Below are positions 15,740 to 15,937 of a stretch of DNA of 15,937 bases, piece by piece (positions within the stretch are counted from its first letter, which is position 1; each line of letters begins with the position of its first letter). The notes beneath the pieces were generated by a model that saw nothing but the letters and a program-made list of their open reading frames with translations, did not search any database and was not told where the DNA came from. A program made the translations under genes and the position numbers. Source of the DNA: a virus (Duplodnaviria; Heunggongvirae; Uroviricota; Caudoviricetes); the IMG/VR virus record IMGVR_UViG_2529292909_000010; one strand, 5' to 3'.

Positions 15740-15937
15740 ATGCTGAAACAGCAGGATATGACCGAAACCGCCAGAGTGGTGTTTAATGAATTAAGTGCCA
15801 CCGCACCGGCGACAGTCGGGGAGATTGCACAGAATACTTACCTCTCACGCGAACGCTGCCAGTTAATACTGACCCAGCTTGTTATGGCGGGTCTGGCAGA
15901 CTATCAGTGCGGTTGTTACAGACGCCTTCAGTCCTGA
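15740..15937 (+). CDS. Hypothetical small protein (about 65 aa from the ATG at 15740)
   Basis: ORF ends at the window edge with TGA; the ORF-track start at 15704 is a TTG; the ATG at 15740 is preceded by a purine-rich stretch. Confidence 0.35.
   Translation: MLKQQDMTETARVVFNELSATAPATVGEIAQNTYLSRERCQLILTQLVMAGLADYQCGCYRRLQS

Overview
This window reads as the early-to-late-regulatory part of a Rac/Qin-like lambdoid prophage of an enterobacterium (E. coli-like), with an AT-rich accessory island inserted between the replication and late-regulatory modules. All calls rest on reading the ORF translations and DNA motifs by eye; no searches were run. Leftward (minus strand), from a strong PL-like promoter: small early genes, a 249-aa ORF, a 639-aa DEDDh-type exonuclease, xis and int (int stop at position 1, so the att site lies just outside the window). 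The immunity region is a RacR-like repressor (5320-5796) flanked by mirror-image promoter/operator cassettes, facing a Cro/YdaS-like gene. Rightward: YdaT-like, a YdaU-like replication initiator carrying GTCACG iterons inside its own coding sequence, and three small ORFs. The accessory island (about 8811-12838) holds (i) a convergent, 3'-overlapping pair of AT-rich genes, a 192-aa protein with a PD-(D/E)xK-like motif and a 365-aa partner, which is the best candidate for an uncharacterised anti-phage module; (ii) a hok-type type I toxin locus with an intact 5' leader; and (iii) an IS186-like element with 10-bp target duplication inserted 22 bp after the hok stop, with an apparently frameshifted transposase. 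Downstream are a small ORF, a DUF968/YdfU-like protein, RusA, a Q-type antiterminator and a putative late promoter/terminator. No CRISPR array, rRNA or tRNA was recognised.
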